Positions 9,903-19,711 of a stretch of 64,000 nucleotides of DNA are shown here, in pieces (position 1 is the stretch's first letter; each line of letters opens with the position of its first letter). Made by a program: the position numbers and the translations under genes. The notes below the pieces were generated by a model. It was given only the letters and a program-made list of their open reading frames with translations. It ran no database searches and was not told where the DNA came from. The stretch comes from Nitrosopumilus sp. (lineage in GTDB: Archaea > Thermoproteota > Nitrososphaeria > Nitrososphaerales > Nitrosopumilaceae), in NCBI GenBank assembly GCA_965223425.1, contig OZ245003.1, positions 2,016,001 to 2,080,000 of the forward strand, in the 5' to 3' direction.

Positions 9903-10607
9903 TTATGCTTCCTTTTCTGCCTGCTTGACAAAAACATAGTTCATAATCAAACCGGCAATTATTCCGCCTAAGATTGGGGCTGCCCAATACAACCAATGGA
10001 ACTCCCAGAATCCAGAGATTAGTGCAGGACCAAATGTTCTTGCAGGGTTTACTGATGCGCCAGTTAATGGAACAGCAACCAAGTGAATAAGAAAAACCAT
10101 CCCACCAATTGTAAATCCATGCCATCCGGGAGATGCTTTCTTGTGAACAGCGCTCATGAAAATTACGGTTACCAAGAAGAATGTCAGAACCGCCTCAATT
10201 GCAAAACCAGAGCCAACACTGTTATTGATTAATTCGCTTGGACCACCTTGAGTTCCAAAGTTTACTTTGGCGCCAAGTTCTGGCAGAATTGCTTTAAGAG
10301 TAGCAGCAGCAGCTACTGCGCCGATTAGTTGTGAAATGATATATCCAATTCCATCTGCAATTCCAATCTTTCTTGTAATCATCATCGGAATAGTAACTGC
10401 AGGGTTAATGTGAGCGCCAGATACATGGCCAAACGCATAGATCATCAATGCAATAGCACCGCCATGTCCAAGCGAAATGAACAGTACAGACATTGTTGTT
10501 AATTCTTCACCAAATGATGCGATAGCTAAGATAACTGAGAGAGGGCCAAAGAAGACCAATCCATATGTGGATATTGCTTCAGCAAGATATGCTCTTGGAT
10601 TAACCAT
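9903..10607 (-). CDS. Aquaporin (MIP family)
   Basis: Two NPA motifs (GAHINPAVT, GASVNPART); start taken at MVNPRAY. Confidence 0.95.
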   Translation of the reverse strand: MVNPRAYLAEAISTYGLVFFGPLSVILAIASFGEELTTMSVLFISLGHGGAIALMIYAFGHVSGAHINPAVTIPMMITRKIGIADGIGYIISQLIGAVAAAATLKAILPELGAKVNFGTQGGPSELINNSVGSGFAIEAVLTFFLVTVIFMSAVHKKASPGWHGFTIGGMVFLIHLVAVPLTGASVNPARTFGPALISGFWEFHWLYWAAPILGGIIAGLIMNYVFVKQAEKEA

Positions 10608-10711
10608 CAGGCTAAAACCACTTTGATTTCCATATAAAAGATTCGGACTAGATTTGTGATCATGGCAGGTCAAAAAGTAATTAATTACAGTCAATTACAT
10701 TGTAAAATACA

Positions 10712-11176
10712 ATGATTTTGAAAGGAGATCCTGTTCCAAAATTTGAGATAAATGATGCCAATGGCAACAAAATAAAATCTACAGATTTCAAGGGCAAAAA
10801 ACATGCCATCTATTTTTATCCAAAAGATTTCACACCAGGATGCACTACAGAGGCTGATGAATTTTCAAAAGACTACAAGAAATTTCAAAAAGAAGGCATT
10901 GAAATCATAGGTATTAGTCCTGATGATGTGGATTCGCACAAAAAATTCTGTGACAAAATGGGAATCAGGTACCCACTTTTAGCAGACGTAGACAAAAAAG
11001 CATCAAAGATGTTTGGGGTCTGGGGCAAGAAAAAATTCATGGGACGAGAGTACATGGGAGTCATGAGAAGTACGTTTCTTGTAGATAAGAAAGGAAAAAT
11101 TTTCAAAATTTATCCAAAAGTAAAACCTGCAGGACATTCAAAACAAGTTCTGGAGGACTTTCTAGGTTCAAACTAA
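10712..11176 (+). CDS. bcp: Peroxiredoxin Bcp/PrxQ
   Basis: YFYPKDFTPGCTTEA motif. Confidence 0.95.
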   Translation: MILKGDPVPKFEINDANGNKIKSTDFKGKKHAIYFYPKDFTPGCTTEADEFSKDYKKFQKEGIEIIGISPDDVDSHKKFCDKMGIRYPLLADVDKKASKMFGVWGKKKFMGREYMGVMRSTFLVDKKGKIFKIYPKVKPAGHSKQVLEDFLGSN

Positions 11177-11206
11177 AAATAGGTAAAAGAAAAGGTTGTA
11201 GGAAGA

Positions 11207-12076
11207 CTAGAAACCTTTTGGTAGTGTGCCTTTAGAAGCTTTTGGTGCTTCTGCTGCAGGTTCTGGTTTTGGTTCAAAACCTTTTGGCAAAGTACCTTGC
11301 GTACTTGAAGCTCTATCTTCTGCTTCTGCTGCAAGTGCTTCTTCATAGGCTTTTTGTTGTGCTATTTTATCTTGTTCTATTCTCTGCAAGTAATCGTTTT
11401 CATATTCTTCTAGAAGCTGTTGTTTTGATTTTCCTTCATTACGTTGTACCACTTCAGTCTCTTTTGGAAGTTTACCTTCTGCTGTTTTTGGCGCTTCTTG
11501 TGGAGGTGGTGGAGGAGAAGATTGCGTTTCAGCTTTTATCTCTACTCCTTCAACGCTTAGATTTGCGCCACTAAAACTTCCAAATGTTTTGTCAGGCGGA
11601 TGATATGCAAGCCTTGCCCTTGTTGCAAAGTATTGGTCTGATGGCTGTGTGTAGCCGGTAACCTTTGCCTTTTGTTCGTTCCAGTTTGATGTTGGAACTT
11701 TTCCTACAGGAGCAGTTAATCTTACAAAGTATCTGTTAGGTGCCGGAGCATAGCCTGTAACCTTTGCTCTGTAATCATGAAAAGAGCTCGTCGGTGCAGT
11801 TCTGTATGCATTTTCTAGCGCCTCTTGAACTGTTGCCGGTGGTTGCGCTGTAGTTTCTGCCGGCTTTGGTGCCTCTTGTGGTTTTGGGGTTTCTGCGGGC
11901 TTTGTCTCAGCTGGCTTTGTCTCAGCTGGCTTTGTCTTAGATGGCTTTGGTGCTTCTTGTGGCTTTGGTGCAGGTTTAGATTCAAGTTGTGATGATAATT
12001 TTGATAATTTTGCTTCCAACTCTGCGATTTTTGATTCTAGATCTTTTTTCGTACTTGCCTTGCGTTTTACTGCCAT
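11207..12076 (-). CDS. Pro/Ala/Lys-rich hypothetical protein with N-terminal coiled coil and repeated AKVTGY / GTLPKGF motifs
   Basis: 289-aa ORF; paralog at 15821-17593. Confidence 0.8.
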   Translation of the reverse strand: MAVKRKASTKKDLESKIAELEAKLSKLSSQLESKPAPKPQEAPKPSKTKPAETKPAETKPAETPKPQEAPKPAETTAQPPATVQEALENAYRTAPTSSFHDYRAKVTGYAPAPNRYFVRLTAPVGKVPTSNWNEQKAKVTGYTQPSDQYFATRARLAYHPPDKTFGSFSGANLSVEGVEIKAETQSSPPPPPQEAPKTAEGKLPKETEVVQRNEGKSKQQLLEEYENDYLQRIEQDKIAQQKAYEEALAAEAEDRASSTQGTLPKGFEPKPEPAAEAPKASKGTLPKGF

Positions 12077-12204
12077 TCCTTAGTGTAAATATTGCACGGT
12101 TTATTTACATTTTGATCAGCCTAAATTTTACATTAAATTTATTCATGAAAATACGCAATAACTTGTAAAATTTTCATCAGATTAAACATGAATTTTCAAA
12201 TCAG

Positions 12205-12396
12205 TCAATCAGGCTCCCAAAACTGCATTACGTACATACAGTTATTGCATCGCCATAATCTGACATGGATGCCATTATCAATATCAGCAACATACTCCCC
12301 ATCCTCCATTTGACTAACTTTAGGAAGATAGTTCAATTGTGAATTTTCAAGCCATTCATTTTGTTGGCAGTTAGGACACTTGATTTTTGGAGGCAT
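12205..12396 (-). CDS. Small zinc-ribbon protein
   Basis: CPNC...CNNC. Confidence 0.7.
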   Translation of the reverse strand: MPPKIKCPNCQQNEWLENSQLNYLPKVSQMEDGEYVADIDNGIHVRLWRCNNCMYVMQFWEPD

Positions 12397-12485
12397 ACAC
12401 AGTATAAGATAGGATCAAAGAAGAATATTACTATTAAAAATAAGGTTATGTCGGGTTATCAAGACCTGAAAATTTAGATTGAATT

Positions 12486-13587
12486 TTACTTGTGTAAGCT
12501 GGCATTTTGAATTATGGTTTTCCATCTGTTCTTACCATCAATTTTGATCAATGCTTCCTCAGCTGGAGTTTTACCCTTGAGAGATCCATGCTTTTTTGTA
12601 AAGTTACAGTATCTTTCATTCCATCAAGAATAGGTGTTTTCATTTTCTTTAGTCCTCAGAACACTTTCTCTCTGTCTCTAATCTCACCATTCAAATGCTC
12701 CATTTTGTTGTTATTCATATCTTTTTGAATGTGAGTATGTCTGAGTGAGCAGTCTTTTTTCCAAATATTTTCTTTGAGGCTTTAGAATAGGCTGGTAATC
12801 CGTCTGCGATAAAATGAGTTGGATTCTTGTCTATTGATTCTTTTGTGAGTTTCAATAGATTGTCTGCATTATGCTGAAACTTTGTATCTGTCATGTCACT
12901 AGCCAACCAGTAGCGAGTGTCATCATCCATACTAGCAAATAGATACTTTTGCTTTCCTACAATCTTTATCCATACCTAGTCTGCTCTAACCCAATTTCCA
13001 GTCCTAGAAACAATTTCGTTAAGATATTTTGAAACCATTGTTGAATACTTGCAAATCCAACCACAGATGGAACTATGATTAACTTCAATCTACAACATCG
13101 CATAATTATTCTCAATGTCTCTGACTGACATTCCTGAATAATACATCTGCAAAGCAACTGTGATTGTAGTGTAATCATACCTCATTTTCTCAAATCCAAA
13201 GTTTGAAGAAAATCTCTTTTTGCAGTCAAGACATTTGTAAATCTGAATATTTCCTTTCTTGTTTTTTCTAATTCCTTTTTTGATTATCTTACCTGAATCA
13301 CAATACTTGCAGAGCTCAAGTTTTGATCTTTCCATGATTCTAAATGTGTTGTTTCTGTAACACTTATTTTTCATAATTATCTATAAAACAATTTTGATAT
13401 GTTTACAATCAGATTTTCTTCTGATATGATCCATATATTCACAAGTTAAACCATTATCTGTTTTTGATACAACATAGAATTTTTCTGGATCAGTTTATGA
13501 TCTAACTCTGAATTTGTTTGATTCAAACTGTGATGCATGACCTGTTGAGTCCATCATTTGTTTTGCTCTTTGTTTTCTTGAATTCAC
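12486..13587 (-). pseudogene. IS6-like DDE transposase with SWIM-like and Zn-ribbon N-terminus, multiply frameshifted
   Basis: DCKHI, CKYC...CLDC, MDDDTRYWLAS, FIADGLPAY, NNKMEHLNGE fragments. Confidence 0.85.
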
Positions 13588-13596
13588 ATATTATAT

Positions 13597-13639
13597 TATA
13601 CGTCCGTATATTTATAATTAATTAAACGCCCGTTTAATT
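13597..13639. promoter_or_regulatory. Two palindromic operator-like sites between divergent transposase and AbrB-like genes
   Basis: TATACG-TC-CGTATA (13597-13610) and AATTAAACG-CC-CGTTTAATT (13620-13639). Confidence 0.5.
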
Positions 13640-13667
13640 TTTATAGATAATAATAAGATATGAAATA

Positions 13668-13835
13668 TTGACAAGGTGGAAAAAAGATGAAACAGAGTTT
13701 CATGTTGCATTATCTTTTGATGGAACAAGTAGTAAGAGATGTCGTGTTCCAAAACCTATAATCGACATGTTAGGCGATCCAAATACCTTAAAATTTGTCA
13801 TTCGTGGTAATACAATTACTGTGACCTCAGATTAA
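13668..13835 (+). CDS. Small AbrB/SpoVT-like DNA-binding protein
   Basis: MTRWKKDETEFHVALSFDGTSSKRCRVPKPIIDMLGDPNTLKFVIRGNTITVTSD. Confidence 0.7.
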   Translation: MTRWKKDETEFHVALSFDGTSSKRCRVPKPIIDMLGDPNTLKFVIRGNTITVTSD

Positions 13836-13847
13836 TTGTGGCTAGGG

Positions 13848-14379
13848 ATTTCTAAAAATCCTGAAATTTCTAAAAATCCTGAAATTTCTAAAAATCCTGA
13901 AATTTCTAAAAATCCTGAAATTTCTAAAAATCCTGAAATTTCTAAAAATCCTGAAATTTCTAAAAATCCTGAAATTTCTAAAAATCCTGAAATTTCTAAA
14001 AATCCTGAAATTTCTAAAAATCCTGAAATTTCTAAAAATCCTGAAATTTCTAAAAATCCTGAAATTTCTAAAAATCCTGAAATTTCTAAAAATCCTGAAA
14101 TTTCTAAAAATCCTGAAATTTCTAAAAATCCTGAAATTTCTAAAAATCCTGAAATTTCTAAAAATCCTGAAATTTCTAAAAATCCTGAAATTTCTAAAAA
14201 TCCTGAAATTTCTAAAAATCCTGAAATTTCTAAAAATCCTGAAATTTCTAAAAATCCTGAAATTTCTAAAAATCCTGAAATTTCTAAAAATCCTGAAATT
14301 TCTAAAAATCCTGAAATTTCTAAAAATCCTGAAATTTCTAAAAATCCTGAAATTTCTAAAAATCCTGAAATTTCTAAAA
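13848..14379. repeat. Perfect 18-bp tandem repeat ATTTCTAAAAATCCTGAA, 29 full copies plus partial
   Basis: Directly visible; no spacers. Confidence 0.97.
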
Positions 14380-14380
14380 T

Positions 14381-15676
14381 TTATGAACTTGGGGCATTTT
14401 TCGTAAATCCGAGAGGTAGTTTCAAACCCTCTAAAAATTCATGATGATTATAATGCTTAACAAAAAAGAAGAAATTAGGATCAACGATACTTAGCTGTCG
14501 TAAATTGGTATCATAGTCAAAAATTGAGGGAGTAATGCCATGATTTTTTTGGTATGTACTAATTCTATTAAGAAAAATAGTTAAAGCACGATCAAATCTT
14601 TTATTATCACGATTTGGGTGAATTTCTTTTATTGCCTTTCTCAAATCATATACTGATAATCCATTTTTAATTTGCTGCACATCAAAATATGCTAAAACAA
14701 CACGTACAAAAAAATATGGCATCCCTAATCCTTGACTTCCATCTTGAGATTGTCTTGGTTTAGCATCTGCAAATGTTTCAAGTGCTCTGTGGAATCTACT
14801 TGCATATGAATTAGTGATTTTAGTAATAGCATTTTGTAGATTATCCTTTGTTAATTTTCTTGGATCTCCAGTTTCAATTATGTGGGCATCATAACAACAT
14901 TCCTTGCATAATTCTTGTAGCATTCCAACATTCCCAAATGATTCTTTGATGAGATCATTTTTAATCTTACTCATATCTATGTTAAGTGATTCCCCACCTA
15001 GCTTGATTATTTCCTGTAAATGTTCTTCTGTCCAAGGTTCTACAGGTAATTCAATTATCCTGTCTTGTAAATCTCCATTATACTGAATTAGTCTATTTCT
15101 TTCTCTCCAAATTCCTAGAATTACTACCCTGACATTAATATCTTGAAATGTTCTTAAATCAAAAGCAAATAATCTTTGTTCTTTCTCTTCTAAGTAATGA
15201 AAATTTTCAAGTATGATGACTTTTTCAGGAAAGTGTTTTTTTATTATCTCTGCTATGTCTTGTGCACCATTAACGTCTATTTGTAAATCAGAATTTGTCT
15301 CTCGTTCATCTGTGGATTTTTCAACCTCCATTCCTGCTTCGGCCAACATGGGAATTTTTACTTTAAAATTAAATTTAGCTTTGGTATTGTCTTCATTTTC
15401 AATTGAGCTACTAGATTGAATTGTAATCTCTAATTTTTTGAGAATGGTTTTGTAAATATCATGTAAATTTATTGTTGGAGAACATTGAACTATAACTTTA
15501 TTTTCCGATATTATATGGGCATTTAGAAGTGTGGTTTTTCCTTGTTTAGATGAGCCATAGACTACAAGTTGCCTTTTTTGGTCAAATGCTTTCTTAAAAC
15601 AGTCATCTATTTCTTGCCTTGACACATATGTTGATAGATCATCATTAATTACTCCAAAAACTTTTTCTAATCTCAC
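14381..15676 (-). CDS. P-loop ATPase (STAND/AAA-like), transposon cargo
   Basis: Walker A GSSKQGKT, Walker B IILENFHY, helical C-terminus. Confidence 0.8.
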   Translation of the reverse strand: MRLEKVFGVINDDLSTYVSRQEIDDCFKKAFDQKRQLVVYGSSKQGKTTLLNAHIISENKVIVQCSPTINLHDIYKTILKKLEITIQSSSSIENEDNTKAKFNFKVKIPMLAEAGMEVEKSTDERETNSDLQIDVNGAQDIAEIIKKHFPEKVIILENFHYLEEKEQRLFAFDLRTFQDINVRVVILGIWRERNRLIQYNGDLQDRIIELPVEPWTEEHLQEIIKLGGESLNIDMSKIKNDLIKESFGNVGMLQELCKECCYDAHIIETGDPRKLTKDNLQNAITKITNSYASRFHRALETFADAKPRQSQDGSQGLGMPYFFVRVVLAYFDVQQIKNGLSVYDLRKAIKEIHPNRDNKRFDRALTIFLNRISTYQKNHGITPSIFDYDTNLRQLSIVDPNFFFFVKHYNHHEFLEGLKLPLGFTKNAPSS

Positions 15677-15820
15677 ATGGGCTGTTCATAAAAATTGTAT
15701 TTAAATTAATCATTACTAGATTCATAACTTTGAAGAATTCAATCTAGGTCTCGATAACCTAACATAACCATCACTATAATCCAACAGAACCAAAAATAGA
15801 AAACAGGGGATGATGTTAAA

Positions 15821-17593
15821 TTAGAAACCTTTTGGCAGTGTGCCTTTGGCAAGTTTTGCCGGTTCTGGCGTTTTGGCTTTTATCTCTACTCCTTCAACGG
15901 GTGCTGTCCAAATTTTTCCCGGAAATTTCCAGAAAAGCTTATAGATCATGACGAAATCCTGCTGCAAGGCTTTTGGATCACGGGCTTGGCACCACGTCAA
16001 TGTCAAAACGACGAAAAAAGGGCAGGAAAAACGGACAGCATGACGCCCACGTCCGAAGGTACAGGATCCAGATGTGCCGGAACTATTCAGCATACGAGAA
16101 GAAGCGGAGGGGCGAGGGCAACAAGATAGTGACGAGGATCAAAAAACTCAAAGAAATGATCCCCGCCGTCTTGGAGGGCGCCTCCAAGGACGAGACATCG
16201 GCACTATTGTGCGTGCTGGACATGGTGTTCCGTAACCACTCGTACAGGGTTCACGTCACGTACATGGAACTGCACCCGGGTACGGTAAACGCCTACGGCC
16301 TAAAAAGGATTCCATCAAAATCGTCACTGCACAACATGGCAAAAGCGCTGTCAGGGAGGATCGAGCAGCTCGCAGGACTGCTTCTGGCACAGGCAGGAGA
16401 CGACGCGCGCGGCACCGTCATAGGCGACTCGTCTGGGTTCTCCATCATGAATTACGTGGACTGGGAGGACGCCAAGAAAGGACTCGTCTCAAGGCGCGAG
16501 TTTGACAAGCTGCACGTGCTGGTGGCCCCGCACGGCATGATATCTGCGTGCGAGGTGACGTGCGGCAGAAAGCACGACTCGCCGGTGTTCTGCGACATGT
16601 ACGGGAGGATCCCCCGCACGGCGACACCGGCGGCCACGTCCTGCTGGATGCGGCATGCCTCTCAAGGAAGAACTGCCGTATCATTGCAGACGGCGGAAGG
16701 GAGCCGGTCATATGTCCCAAGAAGAACTCCGTTCCCAGGGGGTTTAACCCCATGGGAAAAATGCTTCGCTGGCACAGGGACGACCCGTGCGGGTTTGCAA
16801 AGGCCTACGGCCAGCGCAGTTGGTGGAGAACACGTTTTCTGTCATGAAGGAGAGGTTCGGCGCAGTCGCCCGTGCAAGGACGGCATCCATGAGAAGGCTA
16901 CAGCTTGTCCTAAAGTGCATCTGCTACAACCTGGTCGCATAAGACTGCCGTAATGCGGAGAGGGCTTTCCCAGCGTAAGCTGTACTCCTGCTTGCCATTC
17001 TTTGGGACAAGGCACCTGATGACGGTGTCACCGGTATTCTTCTGGCATGGGCAGCACCGATGCTTGCCTGTTTTTGCGCAAAAATCACGAAACATGTGAT
17101 CGAAATCAGTCAATTTGGACAGCACCCCTTCAACGCTTAGATTTGCGCCACTAAAACTTCCAAATGTTTTGTCAGGCGGATGATATGCAAGTCTTGCCCT
17201 TGTTGCAAAGTATTGGTCTGATGGCTGTGTGTAGCCAGTAACCTTTGCCTTTTGGGCATTCCAATCAGAGGTGGAAACTTTTCCCACAGGGGCAGTTAAC
17301 CTTACAAAGTATCTGTTAGGTGCCGGAGCATAGCCTGTAACCTTTGCTCTGTAATCATGAAAAGAGCTCGTCGGTGCAGTTCTGTATGCATTTTCTAGCG
17401 CCTCTTGAACTGTTGCCGGTGGTTGCGCTGTAGTTTCTGCCGGCTTTGGTGCCTCTTGTGGTTTTGGGGTTTCTGCGGGCTTTGTCTCAGCTGGCTCTGA
17501 TTCTAGCTGAGTTGCAAGTTGGTTTATTTTTGCTTCTAATTTGGCAATCTTGTTTTCAAGATCTTTTTTAGTTTGCTTTTTAGCAGCTGCCAT
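15821..17593 (-). pseudogene. IS-interrupted paralog of the 11207-12076 protein
   Basis: N-part ends ...ANLSVEG at 17127; C-part VEGVEIKAKTPEPAKLAKGTLPKGF at 15899-15821. Confidence 0.9.
15900..17126 (+). mobile_element. IS5/IS4-superfamily element with frameshifted transposase (~16000-16942)
   Basis: TIR GGTGCTGTCCAAATT at both ends; 9-bp TSD CCTTCAACG (15891-15899, 17127-17135); GDSSG, KLH, HDSP, LLDAA, YGQRS motifs. Confidence 0.93.
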
Positions 17594-17761
17594 TAATCTG
17601 GATGAAGATTCTGGGGTTTATGTACATTTGGGTTTATTGGTTCTGCGAAGTTATCGGGAGTTATATGTCAATTCCCAAAATGTACAAGCCTCCAAACCGC
17701 AAGATATTCGCTGAAGGCGATAAAGCCAATATCACAGAAATATGCGCCGAACTCTGACCTA

Positions 17762-18907
17762 ATGGATATGGCGGCTACATTCACAAAGATGGCCAATCAT
17801 TGCATCAAGATAGGGTTGAAAGAAGACACTCACAATATGAAGAGGCTGTCCATGTTATGTTATCACGAATTGCGTAACTATGACATTTTATCGTCATACA
17901 AGATATGTGCAATATCAAGAGCTGCAGGCATATTATCAAACAGAAAACAATCAGTCAAACGAGGTGTCAGAATAAGGGACCCAATAGTCAAAAATCCCTT
18001 TATGACAAACTGTTACGGCATAAAACACAACGGTGCACTACTAACAATCCCATACAAGAAGCATAACCCAATCAACATTTTACTCAACGATCACGCCCAA
18101 AAAATCCTGTCTGATCCCGCCCTGACGGTGCGCTCGTTTTCACTGACTGCCCTCAACATCAGTCTTTGTGTTTCAAAAAAAGTACAAGAGATAGAGTGCA
18201 CCAAGAAAGTTGGAATAGACAGAAACCTAAGAAATGTGACGTGTGGGAGCGAGGAAGGGGTGACAGTCTACAAGACAAACAAACTGTTATCCATAAAGGA
18301 GAACACAATACACGCCAGGGCAGGCTTCCACAGAAATGACCGCAGGAAGAAAAATCAGTTCTGCAAGGAAAAACAGAGAAGACTGACTGACAGAGCAAGG
18401 CAGTACATCCACAGAATATCAAAGGATATTGTGGATAATGCCGTCAAAGAAAAGGCTGCAATCGTTCTAGAAAACCTGAAAGGAATTAGAAAACTCTACA
18501 AAAAAGGAAATGGTCAGGGCAACAAGTACAGGCGCAGATTGAACGGGTGGCAATTCTACGAGCTGCAACGCCAAATAGAATACAAAGCCCGATGGGTCGG
18601 GCTCCCGCCAGTCGAATATGTAGACCCAAGAAACACGAGCACGCAGTGTCCGCAATGCGGAAAGAGACTCCAAGAGGACATGCAACAGCATCGTAAACTG
18701 TCGTGTAATAATTGCGGTTTGTTTATGGACAGGGATATTGTCGCTGCCATGAACAACATATCACGCAAGCTGCCCCCCAGGTTTAGGGGCAGTAGAGATG
18801 ACATATGTGAAGCGCAGTCCGGCACTTTTGAGCCGGCGATGACGGAATCCGGCACACCATTGGCAATCCGAATAGTCGATATGTCAAAGTCGAGTTATAG
18901 GGGTTAA
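17762..18907 (+). CDS. tnpB: RNA-guided endonuclease TnpB
   Basis: RuvC-I GIDRN, RuvC-II VLENL, CPQC/CNNC zinc finger, RuvC-III DRD; frame also open upstream (possible CTG start at 17711). Confidence 0.92.
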   Translation: MDMAATFTKMANHCIKIGLKEDTHNMKRLSMLCYHELRNYDILSSYKICAISRAAGILSNRKQSVKRGVRIRDPIVKNPFMTNCYGIKHNGALLTIPYKKHNPINILLNDHAQKILSDPALTVRSFSLTALNISLCVSKKVQEIECTKKVGIDRNLRNVTCGSEEGVTVYKTNKLLSIKENTIHARAGFHRNDRRKKNQFCKEKQRRLTDRARQYIHRISKDIVDNAVKEKAAIVLENLKGIRKLYKKGNGQGNKYRRRLNGWQFYELQRQIEYKARWVGLPPVEYVDPRNTSTQCPQCGKRLQEDMQQHRKLSCNNCGLFMDRDIVAAMNNISRKLPPRFRGSRDDICEAQSGTFEPAMTESGTPLAIRIVDMSKSSYRG

Positions 18908-18929
18908 CTCCCGATAACTTCACAGAACC
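18765..18929 (+). ncRNA. Putative omega-RNA overlapping the tnpB 3' end
   Basis: GC-rich hairpins (CTGCCCC/GGGGCAG, CCGGC/GCCGG) after RuvC-III in the usual omega-RNA position; boundaries inferred. Confidence 0.5.
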
Positions 18930-18991
18930 GGTTTATTACCACGAACAAAACTTGATCAAGTTTTATATGCACAGATAACATAAGAGTTGTA

Positions 18992-19366
18992 ATGGATGAC
19001 TTTGAGAAGGAATTCCCAGAATTTGATTGGAAAAACACGCCAGCATACAAACATCCCGGAGGCAAAGACTGTCCATGTCCAAAACACGAATACATCAGGG
19101 AACAGATCAATTTTACAAAACAAGTAAACGAAAAAGGAAAAGAGCCAAGCAAAGTTACGCTAAGGTTTTGTCCTGATCACTACAGGGTTTACATGGAAGA
19201 GGTGATCCCTGCAATGCCATTAAAGTATAAAATTCTCACAAAGATTGCTCTAAAACTCGGGGCAATTCAAGTTGAACAACTAAAACACATGGAATCAGAA
19301 TTGTGTTTTTACTGCAAGTTTGGATCCGGCGGTTATGACAAAAAGACTGAACTTCCACCAATGTAG
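18992..19366 (+). CDS. Cys-containing hypothetical protein
   Basis: CPCPKH, CPDH, CFYC. Confidence 0.75.
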   Translation: MDDFEKEFPEFDWKNTPAYKHPGGKDCPCPKHEYIREQINFTKQVNEKGKEPSKVTLRFCPDHYRVYMEEVIPAMPLKYKILTKIALKLGAIQVEQLKHMESELCFYCKFGSGGYDKKTELPPM

Positions 19367-19367
19367 A

Positions 19368-19598
19368 TTATTCAGGGCTTAGCAAAATTTTTGGTTTGTT
19401 TGGGGTATCATGATGACATCTCTTGCCACATAACGGACATCTCTTTCTATCAAGAAATATGCATTGACATATGTGAGAATCAAGATATGATTTGGCAGGT
19501 TGGTTTGGCTCACCTGTTCCATTGCAGAAGGGACATTGGGAACCAAGTAATTCTATGGCCCCATTTCCCTTACATACCGCACATTTGTCATCAGCCAA
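19368..19598 (-). CDS. Small Cys-rich protein with DnaJ-like CxxCxGxG repeats
   Basis: CAVCKGNG, CPFCNGTG, CPLCGKRCHH. Confidence 0.7.
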   Translation of the reverse strand: MADDKCAVCKGNGAIELLGSQCPFCNGTGEPNQPAKSYLDSHICQCIFLDRKRCPLCGKRCHHDTPNKPKILLSPE

Positions 19599-19711
19599 TA
19601 CTGTTTTTCCTGAGAGCCAGAATTAAATACATTTGTTAAAAGAATTTTAAGAAAATACAATTTTGTGTTAAATCCAGTTAAGCTTATACTTGAATCAGCT
19701 TCAAAATCATT

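Larger units (their letters stand above)
12444..15769. mobile_element. IS6-like cargo-carrying transposon (dead transposase + AbrB-like gene + ATPase)
   Basis: TIRs GGTTATGTCGGGTTATCAAGACCT (12444-12467) and GGTTATGTTAGGTTATCGAGACCT (rc of 15746-15769), 21/24 identical; no TSD seen. Confidence 0.8.
17639..18929 (+). mobile_element. TIR-bounded non-autonomous element carrying only tnpB
   Basis: TIRs GGTTCTG(C/T)GAAGTTATCGGGAGTTA (17639-17663; rc 18905-18929), 24/25; 8-bp TSD GGTTTATT (17631-17638, 18930-18937). Confidence 0.9.

Noticed and set aside
13848-14379. CRISPR array
   Set aside because: Head-to-tail identical units with no spacers, and no cas genes in the window
13836-14444. 202-aa ISKNPE-repeat protein
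   Set aside because: Open frame is a by-product of a stop-free 18-bp unit and overlaps the ATPase 3' end
12444-15769. Casposon
   Set aside because: No Cas1-like integrase or PolB; the transposase is IS6-like DDE
12430-15785. Target-site duplication for the IS6-like transposon
   Set aside because: Flanks ...AAAAATAA and ATCACTAT... do not match; also none found for 45270-55308
17762-18907. Cas12f / type V CRISPR effector or nuclease-dead TldR
   Set aside because: No CRISPR array nearby, and all three RuvC acidic residues are present
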